This document shows, piece after piece, positions 1 to 18,207 of a stretch of 64,000 nucleotides of DNA. The notes beneath the pieces were generated by a model that ran no database searches, was not told where the DNA came from, and worked only from the letters and a program-made list of their open reading frames with translations. Position numbers and translations under genes: made by a program. The stretch covers positions 1-64,000 of the forward strand of contig CAXHJY010000739.1 in NCBI GenBank assembly GCA_964016885.1. Reading direction: 5' to 3'. Position 1 is the first letter of the stretch. Every line of letters starts with the position of its first letter. The DNA comes from Eledone cirrhosa. Lineage: Eukaryota.

Positions 1-5258
<5,258 letters not shown>

Positions 5259-5399
5259 GTAACATCAGAGAGTAATCTCAGTAATACAATTAAAAATACA
5301 TACCGTACACTTCTTGAACTTAGTACTTTTTTCTCATGCTTGCAAATTCAAATATATGTCGAAAATTGTAACTTAATGATTTGAAAAATATTAATTGGT

Positions 5400-5525
5400 A
5401 AAATAGTACCAAATTGAAAAATGCTGGTGTTGACATGATCAATTAAAACTCTTGAAAGTGGTACCTTAACATTTCCACAATCCTACGGCTGAAACAAATA
5501 AAAAAATAAAAAAAATAAAAAGTAA
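5400..5525 (+). mobile_element. Degenerate 3' end of an octopus OR1-like SINE
   Basis: AATAGTACC...CTTGAAAGTGGTACC...GGCTGAAACAAATAAAAAAATAAAA resembles the remembered OR1-type SINE tail. Related fragments lie at ~35395-35460 and ~45775-45895. Confidence 0.45.
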
Positions 5526-6109
5526 AGCAAATCCCAGACACATCAAACACCGACCTAAAGGTACTTTATGTTTCTCCTTCCGACAACCTGTACGCTGTGG
5601 CGAATGTGATGGTCACTGCATCGATAGTAGAACGGAATAAAACTCTAAAATACCAGAAGATATCGCAAAGTATTTTTTTCTATCTTTGATTGGTGGGGGG
5701 GGGGGGGGTCTTTGATTGGTGGGGGGGGTGACTAGCCTTACCGGCGCATCAGGTGATCCCCGCGAGGGTGCTTGGTTATTTTCCGCGTCTTAGCCTCGCT
5801 ATCACCCGCGGCAAGGAGGCGAATGTCTTGGCTTTCCTAAAAATTATTAGAGGGGAAACTCCAACGATTGTAGTTGCGACATGTCTCCTCCATTTTTTCA
5901 AAATTTAAATCCTGTTTATTTATATATATTCTATTAAAATAATTTCATATAAAAGGATATGGCTTTAAAAACTGCCCTATTTTGGTGGAGTGTAGCTCAC
6001 TCTTTTTTAACCCCCAATCACAACTAGAACAGGCCTAAGCCCAGTCTCATCAAACGCTGTCCTAACGCATCCAGACATCATATTCTATCCTAACCAGCTC
6101 ACACTGCGA

Positions 6110-7100
6110 AGAAGCCTTTATTTGGTTGCTCAATCTGCTTGATATAACAGCAAATCTCCCTAAAATCACGCCCAGTACCTTAAAAAAAGAATAACACATT
6201 AGATAATGTAATCCTAGATACACTGTCTGAAAACAGAAGAGATGGTCACAGTTGGAATCCTTTGGTATAGTTTATCGCTTTGATCTGGGATTATTCATTG
6301 AAAACAACAGACGCAACATCAAACACTGCCCTAATCTAAAGTCACAACACTGCTTTAATCACATATCCAAATCTAACTCCATACACAGGTCGAATTAAAA
6401 AAACAATTACCTCCAAATAAAAGCACCGGCCCTCAATACAATTGACCGTATAGTACAATACATTTCCAAGGAAGACAGCTATAAACACGGTTTGTAATTC
6501 TATAGAATCGGGGTTGTACAAACCCCAACAAAGCACATCCCCGAGATTACACCACGAGGTAGCCAGTTCTAAATATCATATCAGTCCACTGTTACAAATA
6601 CAAATTGTGAACCAAACAAGTTAACCGGCTCTACTGAATGTACAAACCAATGATTACATACTCCTCAATAATATACTAATAAACAAGAGAGCCAGCTATC
6701 TAAACCATTGCACCAAACACAAGGAAGCTTCTAAATGGTCACCCGACCTACCAGAAGTAGCAGTCAACTCTCTTTCAAACCACATAATACTATCTTTAAT
6801 GAGGAAAGAACAGTATAAATGTAGTGCTATACACTCCTATAAGAACGTAGTGGTCACAGCTGCATTGCCTTTGAACATAAATCTGCTTGGCTGACATGGG
6901 GCTAAGACCCAATAACAAACTACAATCCCTACGGGCTGCTAAAAATAAGAATCAACTCAACTCACATACCATCTTGAATAAGGACACTTTATTCAATGTA
7001 GTCCTATACCACCCTAAAAAGATGAATAGTCATGGCTGGAATAACTTTGATCATATGTCTACTCGATGAAGACTGATCTAGGATTAAACTTTACCAACAA
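6110..7100 (+). mobile_element. Cluster of three copies of a ~190-bp interspersed SINE-like repeat ending in (AAC)n
   Basis: Copies at ~6110-6310, ~6725-6920 and ~6925-7100 share CTAGAAATAGCAGCCAAATCTC...GATAATGTAGTCCTAGATAC...GGTCAYRGCTGGAAT..CTTTGATCATA...GGGCTAAACAAC. The same family recurs more than 10 times in the window. Confidence 0.75.
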
Positions 7101-8047
7101 CTGCCAAACCAAAACAACGGACCAGCCCACAAATAACCAAGCAGTCGCAAGACCTTACGTAACTCTAATTGGTGGAAAACCCGCTCAAATCTTTAAACCG
7201 TGCACTATGATACGAGAGATTCAATTAAAAGAGTTATAAGTTTCTTAGTTATCCTTAATCTTCTTTCAGCCTTTCGGGACACGAAAGAGCAAATGCTAAA
7301 TATAACGATCTATTATTGACAAAATATGATTGAGCATAGCTAAAGTAATTCCATTAAATCAGTAACACCATAGCCCCAATAATCTCTATAAAGGTCCTAA
7401 ATGTTAGTATATGTATAACTTCCCCAAATCATAGCATACCTTGAACCACATGGCATTTCAAATTGCACCATCAACAAAATTGCACATACATATATTGTCA
7501 AGAGTGTTTAATTAAGTCGGCAGAAATTCTTGATAATCGTTTAAATAATCCTTGAATGCTACCTAAAGTTGGATATTAAATTGTCAAAATAGCTTGTTAA
7601 AGATGAGTATGCGGTGGTGGGAAAGGAAAGAGTTACGGCTGGGCCAGAGTTATAAAAGTAAAGAGCTAAGACAGATGAGAAAGAAACTAAGACAATAAAG
7701 AATCTGTACCCGCTTTCAACACAAACTAATAACAGTTAAATTATAGTTGTTCATTTAAACTTATTTCTTATAATTATATAATTAATGTCACTCGAGAATG
7801 CATTCCCATTAAACTTTAACAGATCTGTATGTGAGATCAGATTTTCTGGAGACGGGAAATGACACAGATTGAATTGAAAATAAAAAAATCCAGCACTCCG
7901 TATTATAATTTATTTTCTATATATACAATAGCTGAAATACTTTTGGTTGGCTGGACTTGTATTTCCACTTAGTTCTGCTGCTGACGGGACGAAAAGTGAT
8001 ACCCTATTACCCTTACATACATACATACATATATATATATATATATC

Positions 8048-8109
8048 TGGAGTACAAAACGCAGCTGTATATATATATATATATATATACAGCTACGTTT
8101 TGTACTCCA
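8048..8109. repeat. Inverted repeat with (TA)n core
   Basis: TGGAGTACAAAACGCAGCTG-(TA)n-CAGCTACGTTTTGTACTCCA: 20-bp arms with one mismatch. Confidence 0.9.
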
Positions 8110-9494
8110 TTTAAATGCGTCTTATCAATGAAATAAAATACTAACACACACCTCAGTCAGTTCAATAGTCCCCCCACCCATCTTTCTCCGTAAGTCAGTT
8201 TCCGTACAAACCCTCCTTACCTATCCCACCCCTGAAAATGTCCAGGCTAACACAGTTTACAAGTCTTCTTTCAGGCAGCAATTACGCTATAATATACTTG
8301 GTACGGGAAAATGATGATGAAACATTACTGAACGTTAAAAAACAACAACAAAAAACAACGAAACAAACGCAAAAAAAAACAAAAATAAAATAACGTGAAT
8401 GATGAGGGATGGTATCTGAAATCTGTTTAGTTAGCATCAAGCGTTAATGATGTCTAAATATTATTAATGACGATGATGATGATAGTAGCGTTTTTCCCTT
8501 CTTCTCCCCATCACCCGCGATTATCTTGTTCCCTTGATGGTCGACAATCAAGACAAAATAGAGTGATAAAGCAAAAATAAATAGGCAAAGGTCAGAAACG
8601 GAAAGCTACGAAGTTGAATGGTTTTTGTCCTGTTAGGATAATCTTTTTTTTAAAGTAATGTGTCGATCAATATTAGTTCTGGTGGAGAAAAATGGTCAAA
8701 TACGAAATGTCAGAAGTATGTAGGGAGGCCTGTCGAATGCGAAGGATGGCTTGGTTTTTTTTTTTTCCTTCTTTTTTTTCTCCCAACAATTTTTACCAAA
8801 ACATGTTTTGTTTAATCAGTTTGCGGCAATCTATGTTGAGGAGTGATTAAACACCTCCGTCTGGTCTAGTCGAGTTTATAAATAAGGTGTGGAGGAGAAG
8901 TACACCGACGAAAGATTTGGCTAGGGAACAGTGAACAAAAGCGACATAGTTTAGAGAGAAAGCGATGTGAGGCACGGAACGAGAGGGGGGGGGGGGGTCA
9001 GCTTGCGGAAAGCTTTGAGAGGAAAGTAAGTTCGAGTAGAGGTAGAGCGTCAGCTTATGGTATTCGGATTTGATTCGATAGATGTAAGGTTCGTTTCCAG
9101 GACACCCTCCCTTGCATATAGGCATAAGACTTACGGAGAGAGAGGGAGAGAGAGGTAAGAGACATCACAAACTCTGGCTTACCTCATCAATTCCGACTGA
9201 TGGAAGCATCTGCATTCGGTCTACACTTGTCGTACATACATCGTCGTCATCGTATCATCATCATCATCATCATCGTCGTTATCACTATCTTTATCATCAC
9301 TATCGACGTGGTGTTGATTTTTGTATTCTCATCCATCCATCCATGGACTAAAGTCGCAAGAACCTCCACAATAACGTATGGGAAGGAGATGTGTCATCTT
9401 AAGACATACAGTCCATATTTTGAGTTGGTATCTCTATCTATAAATAAAACAACTCGCTGACTACTGTAGCAAGTGTTTGTAATTTGTTATAATG

Positions 9495-10225
9495 GCTTTT
9501 TTTCACCCTCCCCCCTTTCTCCTCTTATTCTTTCTTCTTTCTATCTTTCTCTCTCTCTCTCTCTCAGTCTCCCTCCCTTCCCCCCAGAAGACAAAAGTAA
9601 AGGGAGAAAAAGAAAGGAGGAGTAGGAAGTCGGAGGGAGGGGAAGAAGATGGAGGGGAGGGTAACGGGAGACTAGTAAGCAGAAAAGTACTTACTAAGAT
9701 CAGATAATTTATCAAATAGCGACAGAAGAGGTGGGGGAGGTGTAAATAGAGAGAAAAGGGAGGAGGACGAAGAGGAAAGAGAAACAGAATCGAAGGAGAA
9801 CAGTGTAGTGAGAGAAAGAAGGTAGAAAGATATATGGGGAGAGGTAAGAGGATAGTGCTTGTGTCTGTGCGTATAGGGGGTGAGGTGATGTGTAGATTCA
9901 AAGGTAGAAGAAGAGGATAAAAAGAAACAATTGAAAGAAAGACATTATGAATAGAGATTAAAGTCGAAGGGGGTGGATAGGAAACAATACAGATGTAAAA
10001 ATGAAAAGGGGGGAAGGAAAGAGGAGAGATAATGTGACGGGAAATACAGAAATGAAAATACAGAAGAAGGAAGGGGAGGCTAATGAGAATGAGATGGAAG
10101 GATGAGGACATAAAAGAAAACGAAGTAGAAGACCTAAGGAAAATGAAAGGGATAGGAAAATAAAAGAAAGGGGGAGGAGAGGTGTTCTGTCACTTTCTCA
10201 CTCCTTCTCTTTCTTTCCTCCTCAT
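9495..10225. repeat. Polypyrimidine/polypurine low-complexity tract
   Basis: CT-rich at 9495-9585, ~590 bp strongly GA-rich at 9595-10180, then CT-rich again at 10185-10225. Confidence 0.8.
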
Positions 10226-10402
10226 AGACTAACCTCTACTTCATCGCTAGAGAGTTTAATTAGCTTCAGCCGACCTCCCATTGCAGGAACATTGTTGGTT
10301 AGAAAGAAAAAAAATATTAGCCTACAACATTCCGTCCACAAACTTCCCCCTGTTCCGTAGCTCACCTCCTTACCTATCAACTACACACACACATTCACTG
10401 AT

Positions 10403-10462
<60 letters not shown>

Positions 10463-10989
10463 ATACGATGTCTATTGGTGTGCAAGCAAGAATGGGCGTG
10501 GAGCAAAGGTAAGACTGGCAGTAAAAAGGAGGAAAGTATAAATAGAACAATAAAAGAGAATTACCTCCGTCGTCAGCTAGAGAATGCCTGACCTCTTTGA
10601 ACAAATTCTGGTTTTCTGGTAATCAGACACCGCCACTAACCACCACCATCAACATCACCAGTGAATTATTTATTAAACATCAACTGTTTTAGAAAAGAGG
10701 GTGTGGTGGAACAAGAAATGATCTGATGAGAGGAGGGAGAGAACGAGTCAGAAAAATTGATTTTATTTTTAATAAAGATCTTTCTACAATATTAATGGTT
10801 CATGATATTGGCATGAAGCCTGAGCGAATTCTCTAGCAATAGTGTGGAAAGTTGTGACAAGCATGCCTTGCCTAGTACTGTATTATAAATGAAAATAAGA
10901 TGATTTTGATTTGCAGATCTTCCACCACCCACTCCAAATCTTATTTGAATGAATCGTTGAATTCTCCATAATTCATGAAATGTTTGTTC

Positions 10990-11165
10990 TAGCTCTTTAG
11001 ATTCTTTCTGAGTTCAAATCACCCAGAAGTCAACTTGGAATTTCATCCTTCCGGGGTCGATAAAATAAAATACCAGTCATGTACTGAAGTCGATTACATC
11101 GACTTTCCCATCCCAACATATAAGAGTTCATTATTTTGTGCCAAAAAGTAGAAACAATTATTATT
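10990..11165 (+). mobile_element. tRNA-derived CORE-SINE (octopus OR2-like)
   Basis: CTGAGTTCAAATC (B box), then GTCAACTT...TTTCATCCTTCCGGGGTCGATAAAATAAAATACCAG (CORE domain) and an (ATT)n tail. Confidence 0.8.
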
Positions 11166-13109
11166 ATTTGAGAGAACTAGTGCTAATTAAATAGATTGGT
11201 ATTTTAGGTGTAGTTTTGTAAAATTAAAATTAGAGGTTGGGAAATGAAATTGAGAAAGTGTTCTAATTGAATCCCAAGAACTTGTCTGAATAGAAACTAA
11301 ATAGATTTTTCAACGGGAAAGTCGGTCTCATTAGAAAATTTACTCAGTTCAAATCATTTTTGACTCATAGAACTTCTAACTTATACTTAAATTCACTTCC
11401 CACATTCTATTTTCAGATCTTATGTATGGTTTACCAATTAAATGTCTTCTGTCCGCAAACAGTATAGAAATATATATCCAGATACACACCCATATGTACG
11501 CGAGTCTCTCTCTATATATATATAGCCACTGTTTGCAATTTAAGAAAGTCAACTGATACATTTGAAGCACCACATTTCTTAATCTATTTCAAAATGACTT
11601 TTAAAAACATATATCTATGTCTATAGAATTATTTTTAGAAATTTCCTGTTTTGGGCAGTATTAGCTGTTTGATATATATTTTTGTTTTATAAATAATTTC
11701 CTTTATATCTTCATGAAAAAATAATTTTCTTCCTTTCGTTTATAGAGGGAAAACTAAGGAGAATTCTGAAATTAGTATGAAGAATATAGCTTTGCTGCAA
11801 TATTAGATAGATATTTTAATAGCAGAAATGTTTTATTTCAATAACTGTATTTATCAGCAAATGAAATCAATGCTTCCAGCAGGCTAACATTATTTTAATT
11901 GGAGAGAGAGGGGGGAAGAGAGAGAGAGAGAGTTAGTATGGCCTAAATTTACTCGGAAAATGAGCCATGTGATATAGTTGTATTTCGGCACTTCAGTGCT
12001 TCTTTCTTGACAACGTTGAAGAATGATAACTCTCTACCTACAAATGTCGGAGAGCTTGTTCATAAATTACACAAACTTTCTCACGAAAGAAGAAGCAACA
12101 ATGATTAAACCTTTGTCCGCATTTTCTTTTTTCCCCCCAGTTCCTCATAGCAACAGTGTATAAATTAAAGAATTGTATTGTTATTATTTCACTTGACCTA
12201 TGACATTTTCCACAATTAAGCCGAACATTCTGAAGAACTTCATTAGGTATTCGTATCCATTGGTTGTGATAGTTAAATCGATGTTTCCGGTCGTTTATGG
12301 AAAAGGCGCAAAATTAAACCCAAAGCTTATGATTAAGGAATCACTGAAGAGAAAATTAACGGGTAACAAGTATAAGACATACGAAACTATCTAAAGAAAT
12401 GATTTGGCTCCAGCACAAAGTGACCACATTTCGGCCCATTTCAACTTTGATACACACCCCTCTCACACCAATTTCCATAATTCACTTGTAAGAAATCTTA
12501 TATTTGAATTTCTATAATTATTTATATAATCAATTTTGTTGATATATTGGGGCCAAGAAATTATTTGTTCAATAATAGATAAAAATAACGACGACTATTT
12601 ATCTGTTGCCGTTATTTGCCCCCATTTTACATAACGGTAAAAAAAGAAAAGAAAAAACATTAATTGCTGGTGTATATTAAACCAAACACCATTTTTTAAT
12701 CCAGTGCTAATTTTTTAAGAACAGTAGGAATAAATTTGTGAATATTTATCATTCTGATTTATTTAGCCTCTTCTCTGAAAGATATATAATTCTTTGACAC
12801 AAGAAATTATCTATGTCTAGCAAGATGTATTTGAATGTCATAAAAAACATGGCATACTACTAATTACTGTAGTAGCAGCCACTACCATACAAAACACAAA
12901 TCGTCCTCCACATATTTTATTGCAGTTTTTATTGTTTTTTTCTTTCTACTTCTTTTTCTCCATCTTACTTCCCTAAATATACTGATTATTTTTCGGAAGG
13001 AAAAACAAATTAAATAAATAAATGAAAGAATGGAAAGAGAGTTGACTAATGAAAGTCATTTGTTGTGACGAGAGAAAAAGTAAATATGTTCTGCTGATTG
13101 TGTTGATGT

Positions 13110-13150
13110 AAAATAGAGGTGCGTGTGACGTAGTTACTTCCGTCAGGGAA
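13110..13150 (+). promoter_or_regulatory. Candidate promoter of the + strand ZnF gene (CRE half-site next to an ETS site)
   Basis: GTGACGTAGTTACTTCCGTC contains TGACGT and ACTTCCG in a CpG-retaining region ~300 bp upstream of a GTAAGT donor. Confidence 0.4.
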
Positions 13151-13518
13151 ATGAGAAAACCTGTCAAGTCTTCCACACCGACATCACCCTCTCCTTCTCT
13201 CACTTTCAATCGCAGTTACCTCCCTTCGTTAATGCCCCCCCCCCCCCCCTCTTGTCTTCTTTTCCTTGATTTTTTTTTGTTGTTTCTATAATATGGTAAA
13301 CTATAAGCTACAAAGAGAGGGGTCTTTATCGTACAGGGTTTTCACAGCTTAACACTACACTGACACAGACATAAAAGAGAGAACTACCTAAAGGCTGTAA
13401 ATTAACGGGATTGTTGGGAAAGAAGCAAAGCAAATTCAAAGAGAATGTAAGTATTATGAATTAATATACTCTGGCCAGCTGGAAGAGAGAGATAGACAGA
13501 CAGTGAAGAGAAGAGCAT

Positions 13519-13553
<35 letters not shown>

Positions 13554-14854
13554 GGATGTATGTGTGTGCGTTTGTATCTCATTCCATACAATATATAAGC
13601 ATTATACCGTTATATTGAATCATTGATCAGTTAGACTAATGTCTTCCTGCTGAATACAGTAGTACTGATTGATGAGAAAAACTTCTCCCAAGCTCTCAGT
13701 GTAAATAAGTGCCTCAAGCAGACCTAACCAGGTGCCTGATTCCCCATGGCTCTTCGTTCTCCCATTTCTAGTCACCCTATCACAAACATCTACATACATT
13801 CATCCTGTTTATGTATAAGGCACCGATTATATATCTTTTATTTGATCACAGACCCAGGTAAGTTGGGAGGGATTTTTAAAACATAATTGTATTAAATATT
13901 TCACTCTAATTTTCCATACAACTTACACTTGAATATCCCACTAGATCTATTTCATATTCCTCTATATACCCACTGAACCCCTCTAAGCTTGCCCTATTAT
14001 TACCAATCGTTTTGTATCCGAACACTTCCGTACATCCACACTCACTGGCATGAATATGTGTCTATATATATATTTATCCCAAGTTTTAATATATTTAGCG
14101 GTCGGTTGTCTGTCCGCTACTATACCACTTTCTTAATATACTAATGAAAGAAACATTACTCCCCCCTCTCATATATTTATTTATAATTGGAGATTCTAGT
14201 ATGGTTGAGAGAATGGGGGAGGGAGAATGTGTGTGTATTTCGTTTTAATAATAATTGAGTTTGATGATATTTAAAATGAACTACTACTGTTGAAGTGTAT
14301 TCATTCTATTCCTTGCGTGTCTATAGTCTCCTGTGACATTTATTCAGACAGACCTATTTGCACAATATACCAACCAGAAGAGGTTCCCATAATATGCTTA
14401 CATGTGTGCATGTGTCTACCTATCTATCTATGTGTGTCTGTGGAAACCTTACGAGTCTAGTTCATCCTTTAAAAAACATCTTTCGACAGGACAATTACGC
14501 GGGAATAAAACATTTTATCTTCATTTAATATTACCTATTAATTAATTTAATTAAAGAGAATAAACTGGTTTAGTTGAATCTGCCTGAACGGAACAGATTC
14601 TGGGTGAGTGGCAGTAGAAATATCATTTGACACATTCTTTTATTGTCTATTATCTCTTCATATTTTTCACTTTCTTTCTCCAATGGTGCCAGTCTATGTA
14701 TTTTTTTCCTTTGAGATTTCCCCTGATTTTATTAATTACGTTAATTAGATGCAGCTTTTCACATCAACATCACTGCGGCTGTAGTCTTCAACAAAATCAT
14801 TATTACTAATAACAAACCTATGATTTAATTGGCAACTTCTAGTGACATTGGGTT

Positions 14855-15285
14855 ATTGTTGTTACTGTTTATAGCCCCAGGTCAACAGACTGACACATGA
14901 CCAAATACTATTCCAACCATGGCCATACCGCCTTTTCTTCAGGAGTAATGTATATCCCGTTCAACCTTGTGCGTTCTTATAAGACAATTGGAGTTATCTG
15001 AGTGAGATTTGGATATTATGTCTAGCACGTCGAGTGACCATGTAGACGCTCCATGATTAGTTTGTACCCTATTGGGCTTTTGTTGTTGTTTAACCACAGG
15101 CCAACTCTATTCAAGCAAATTTATGATCAAAAGCTTTCCAACACTGACTAATCCGTTTCTCTGCATAGCCATGGTTACACTATTCATCCGTATCCTTTCT
15201 TTTACAAGACTGTGGGATGTGATTGGAGGAAATTTAGTTACTATTTCCAGCCGGTCGAGTGATTGCGTAAAGGTTCCCTCATTAA
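14855..15285 (-). mobile_element. Two tandem copies of the ~190-bp (AAC)n-tailed repeat
   Basis: Reverse-complement matches (GTTTATAGCCCCAGGTCA...GAGATTTGG..ATT.TCTAGC) at ~14855-15060 and ~15078-15285. Confidence 0.7.
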
Positions 15286-15351
15286 TTCCTGCCCGCTAAA
15301 GTATTTGCGGGTGGTGGTGATGAGTCTTGTAAAGCCCTTGAGTTTGCATTT

Positions 15352-15660
15352 CATTGGCCTGGTATGGTGCATTTAAGGCATGTCATCTTGTAGATCCCTG
15401 TGTTGGGACATCATTGGCTTGATGTGTATTTCATATCTAGGGCATATCATCTTGAAGACCCTGTACTGACACATTGGCCTGGTTGGTGTATCTAGGGCAT
15501 GTCATCTTGTAGACCCCTGGTTGCGATCTCACTGGCTTGGTGTAGTGTATCTAAGGTATGTCATCTTGTAGATCCCTAGATCAATGGGACATTAACTTAA
15601 TGGGATATAATCTAGGACATCACTGGCTTGATGTGGCATATCTCGGGCATGTCATCTTAG
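15352..15660. repeat. ~60-bp minisatellite, about 5 copies
   Basis: Unit CAYTGGCYTGRT...ATCTAGGGCATGTCATCTTGTAGAYCCCTG starts at ~15352, 15412, 15472, 15530 and 15621. Confidence 0.85.
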
Positions 15661-16165
15661 CAAAATCCTCGTTCCCTGCACATCAGGAAACATTTCCAGT
15701 AGGTTTTAATCTGTAAATAAGAGAAGCACTTGTCACAACACACTATACTCCTGCTACATGTGGTAGTAAACTTTATCTCCCTTCCATGGTACACATATAC
15801 AGCTGGATGGACTGGGCCGATTGTTTGATGTATAAGTAGACAAAAACAGGACATGTGGTATGATATGAACCATTCATCTTTTGGTTTACTGTCCAACATC
15901 TTATGGAGCCAACCTAAAGTCACTGTTGGATATACCAGGATCATTATTAACAGCAGTTTACATCTCTCTATAACAGTGCCATGATAAAAGACATAAAACA
16001 CACCCAGTATACCACCATGAAGTGGTTGGCATTAGGAAGGAGTTCCAGCTATAGAAACTATGCCAGAATGGGATATATGAGCAAGATGCAGTTATCTGAC
16101 ATGTCTAACTTCAGAACATAACAATCTGTCTAAAATGGCGATGATTATATATATATATATATGTA

Positions 16166-16325
16166 ATCATCATCATCATCATTTTACATCTGCTTTTCCC
16201 TACTTGCAGGGGTGAGACGGGTCCTATTCAGCACAGCATCTCGCCACTTGTCACAGTCCTTCATCATCTTCACCATGAGCTTCAGCGATCTGAGGTCTGC
16301 TCTCACAACCTCCGCCCATGTTTTT
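16166..16325 (-). mobile_element. 3' end of an RTE-clade LINE
   Basis: (CAT)n tail plus GCTTTTCCCT.CTTGCA...GAGCTTCAGCGATCTGAGG; closely matches the copies at 24245 and 31980. Confidence 0.8.
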
Positions 16326-16337
16326 ATATATATATCT

Positions 16338-17595
16338 GCCTGGTAAAAGTACCACAGATGCTCTCTTCCTTGTGTGGCAACTACAGGAGAAGTACCTAGC
16401 TAAAAGTAAACCCTTCTACTTAGCTTTTGTTAACTTGGAGAAAGCCTTTGACAGAGTCCCCCCGCTCTATTATCTAATGGGCTCTTAGAAAACTAGGAGT
16501 GTATTAGTGGTTTGTGAAAGCTATACAAGCCATGTATAGAAGAACAGTCACCAAGGTTAGAATCAACAATGAATATAGTGAAGAATTTAGCATAAAAGTA
16601 GGTGTTCACCAAGGTTCCGTCATTAGCCCCCTCCTGTTTATTATTGCCCTACGCCTATAACAAGAGTTTAAGACTGGCTGCTCATGGGAACTTCTATATG
16701 CAGATTATCTAACTCTCATAGCTGAATCTATGGGAAAACTAGAGAAGAAATTCAAAACATGGAAGCATGGCCTAGAAGCAAAAGGCCTTAAAGTTAACTT
16801 GTCTAAGACTAAAGTTCTAGAATGTAGAAAGGAAAATAGGGCACAGATGCCCTCTGGGAAATGGTCTTGCTCAGTGTGTACGAAAGGAGTAGGTAGAAAT
16901 TCCATTCTATGTCCCAAATACAAACTATTAAAGATATAGGGGGATCACAGGCAAGATATCTAAGAATGTAGGTTTTATATGTGACCGATGCTAAGGTGCA
17001 GTAAGTAGCAAGTGCCCACTGGATACTAGCTCCTTCAACTGCCCAGATGGTTCTATAGAAATAGTAGAGAGACACTTTCCGTTACCTGGGTGTCAAAATC
17101 AGCTGTTGAGAGGGTGTTCTGAAAGTATAGTAACCAGAGTTAGAACGGGATGGAAAAAGTTCAGAAAGCTAATACCACTGTTGGCCACAAAAGGTTTCTC
17201 TCTAAAAATGAAAAGCAGATTGTATGATACTTGTATACAAACAGCAATGTTACATGGTAATGAGACCTAGGTATTGTGTACTGAGGATCTGCGTAGATTG
17301 GAAAGGGACGAAACATGCATGCTCCGATGGATGTGTAATAGTAATATACACAAACAGAGAAATTAGGCAGAGAGAGGAGATTACGTTGATATGGTCATGT
17401 GATGCGTATGAAGGATGACAGCTGTATAAAAAAAAAGTGCAGGCAATCAAAATTGATGGAAGCTTCAGAGTAGGTAGACCCAGAAAAACCTGGGACGAAG
17501 TGATAAAAGCTGACCTTGCACACTTGCACCTCTCTAAGGCAATGTCACAGGATTGAGATCTTTGGCATTATGCAGTAATACAGAAGACCCGCCTT
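16338..17595 (+). mobile_element. Decayed RTE-clade LINE reverse transcriptase and C-terminus
   Basis: Translates to PGKSTTDALFLVWQLQEKYLAKSKPFYLAFVNLEKAFDRVP, VGVHQGSVISPLLFII, WELLYADY and GRPRKTWDEVI, with stops and frameshifts. Confidence 0.92.
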
Positions 17596-17603
17596 CCCTT
17601 GCG

Positions 17604-18074
17604 TATGAACTTAAACTTACAGTCAGTAGGACCTCTGAATCCAATGTACACCCCACGCCCCCTACCCCTTCTTACTTCCGCTCACACCACCCTTTCTCTG
17701 TAATGTTATGTTGGTACCACAAAACATCCAGCCCACACTGTAAAGTGGTCATGTAGGAGACATGGTAAAAAGCACCCAGCATACACTGTAAATGTGGTTG
17801 GCGCTAGGAAGGGCATCCAGCCATAGAAAACCAGCCACAGTCCTATACGAGCGAAACATGATCACTCGACCCAACTTGTCTCAAGTGGGACAAACCCGTC
17901 TAACCCATGCTAACTGTGCTTTTAGCTGTGTCTTCTACACGACCACTTTACAGTGTGGGCTGGATGTTTTGTGATTCCAACATAACTTACAGAGTAAGGG
18001 TGGTGTGGGAGAGAGGTTTAGAGGGTGTGGGGGTGTATATTGGATTAAGAGTGCCTACTAAGTTTAAGTTTATA
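17604..18074. repeat. Long imperfect inverted repeat (~170-bp arms)
   Basis: 17604-17782 is the reverse complement of 17907-18074, e.g. CACAAAACATCCAGCCCACACTGTAAAGTGGTC / GACCACTTTACAGTGTGGGCTGGATGTTTTGTG. Confidence 0.85.
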
Positions 18075-18207
18075 TATATATACATAAGCACGAGAAAATT
18101 GATGTAAAAATGGTAATGATATAGAATAGTGAATTTGGTTGCAGCAACATTAAAATAGTTACATAGTTGAATGTCATTAGTTTAAGGTGAAGAGAGTGGG
18201 AGAAATT

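Noticed and set aside
5745-5835. HDV-like ribozyme (TAGCCTCGCTA and GGCGAAT resemble P3/L3 and J4/2)
   Set aside because: P2 cannot be formed on either strand and L3 is too short, so the double pseudoknot is not supported.
9112-10111. His-rich and Leu/Pro/Ser-rich ORFs
   Set aside because: Products of (CAT)n and GA/CT low-complexity sequence; no domain features.
15352-15660. CRISPR-like spaced repeats (also 37011-37250, 50098-50367 and the SINE internal arrays)
   Set aside because: Whole units are homologous with no unique spacers, there are no cas genes, and the context is eukaryotic: these are minisatellites.
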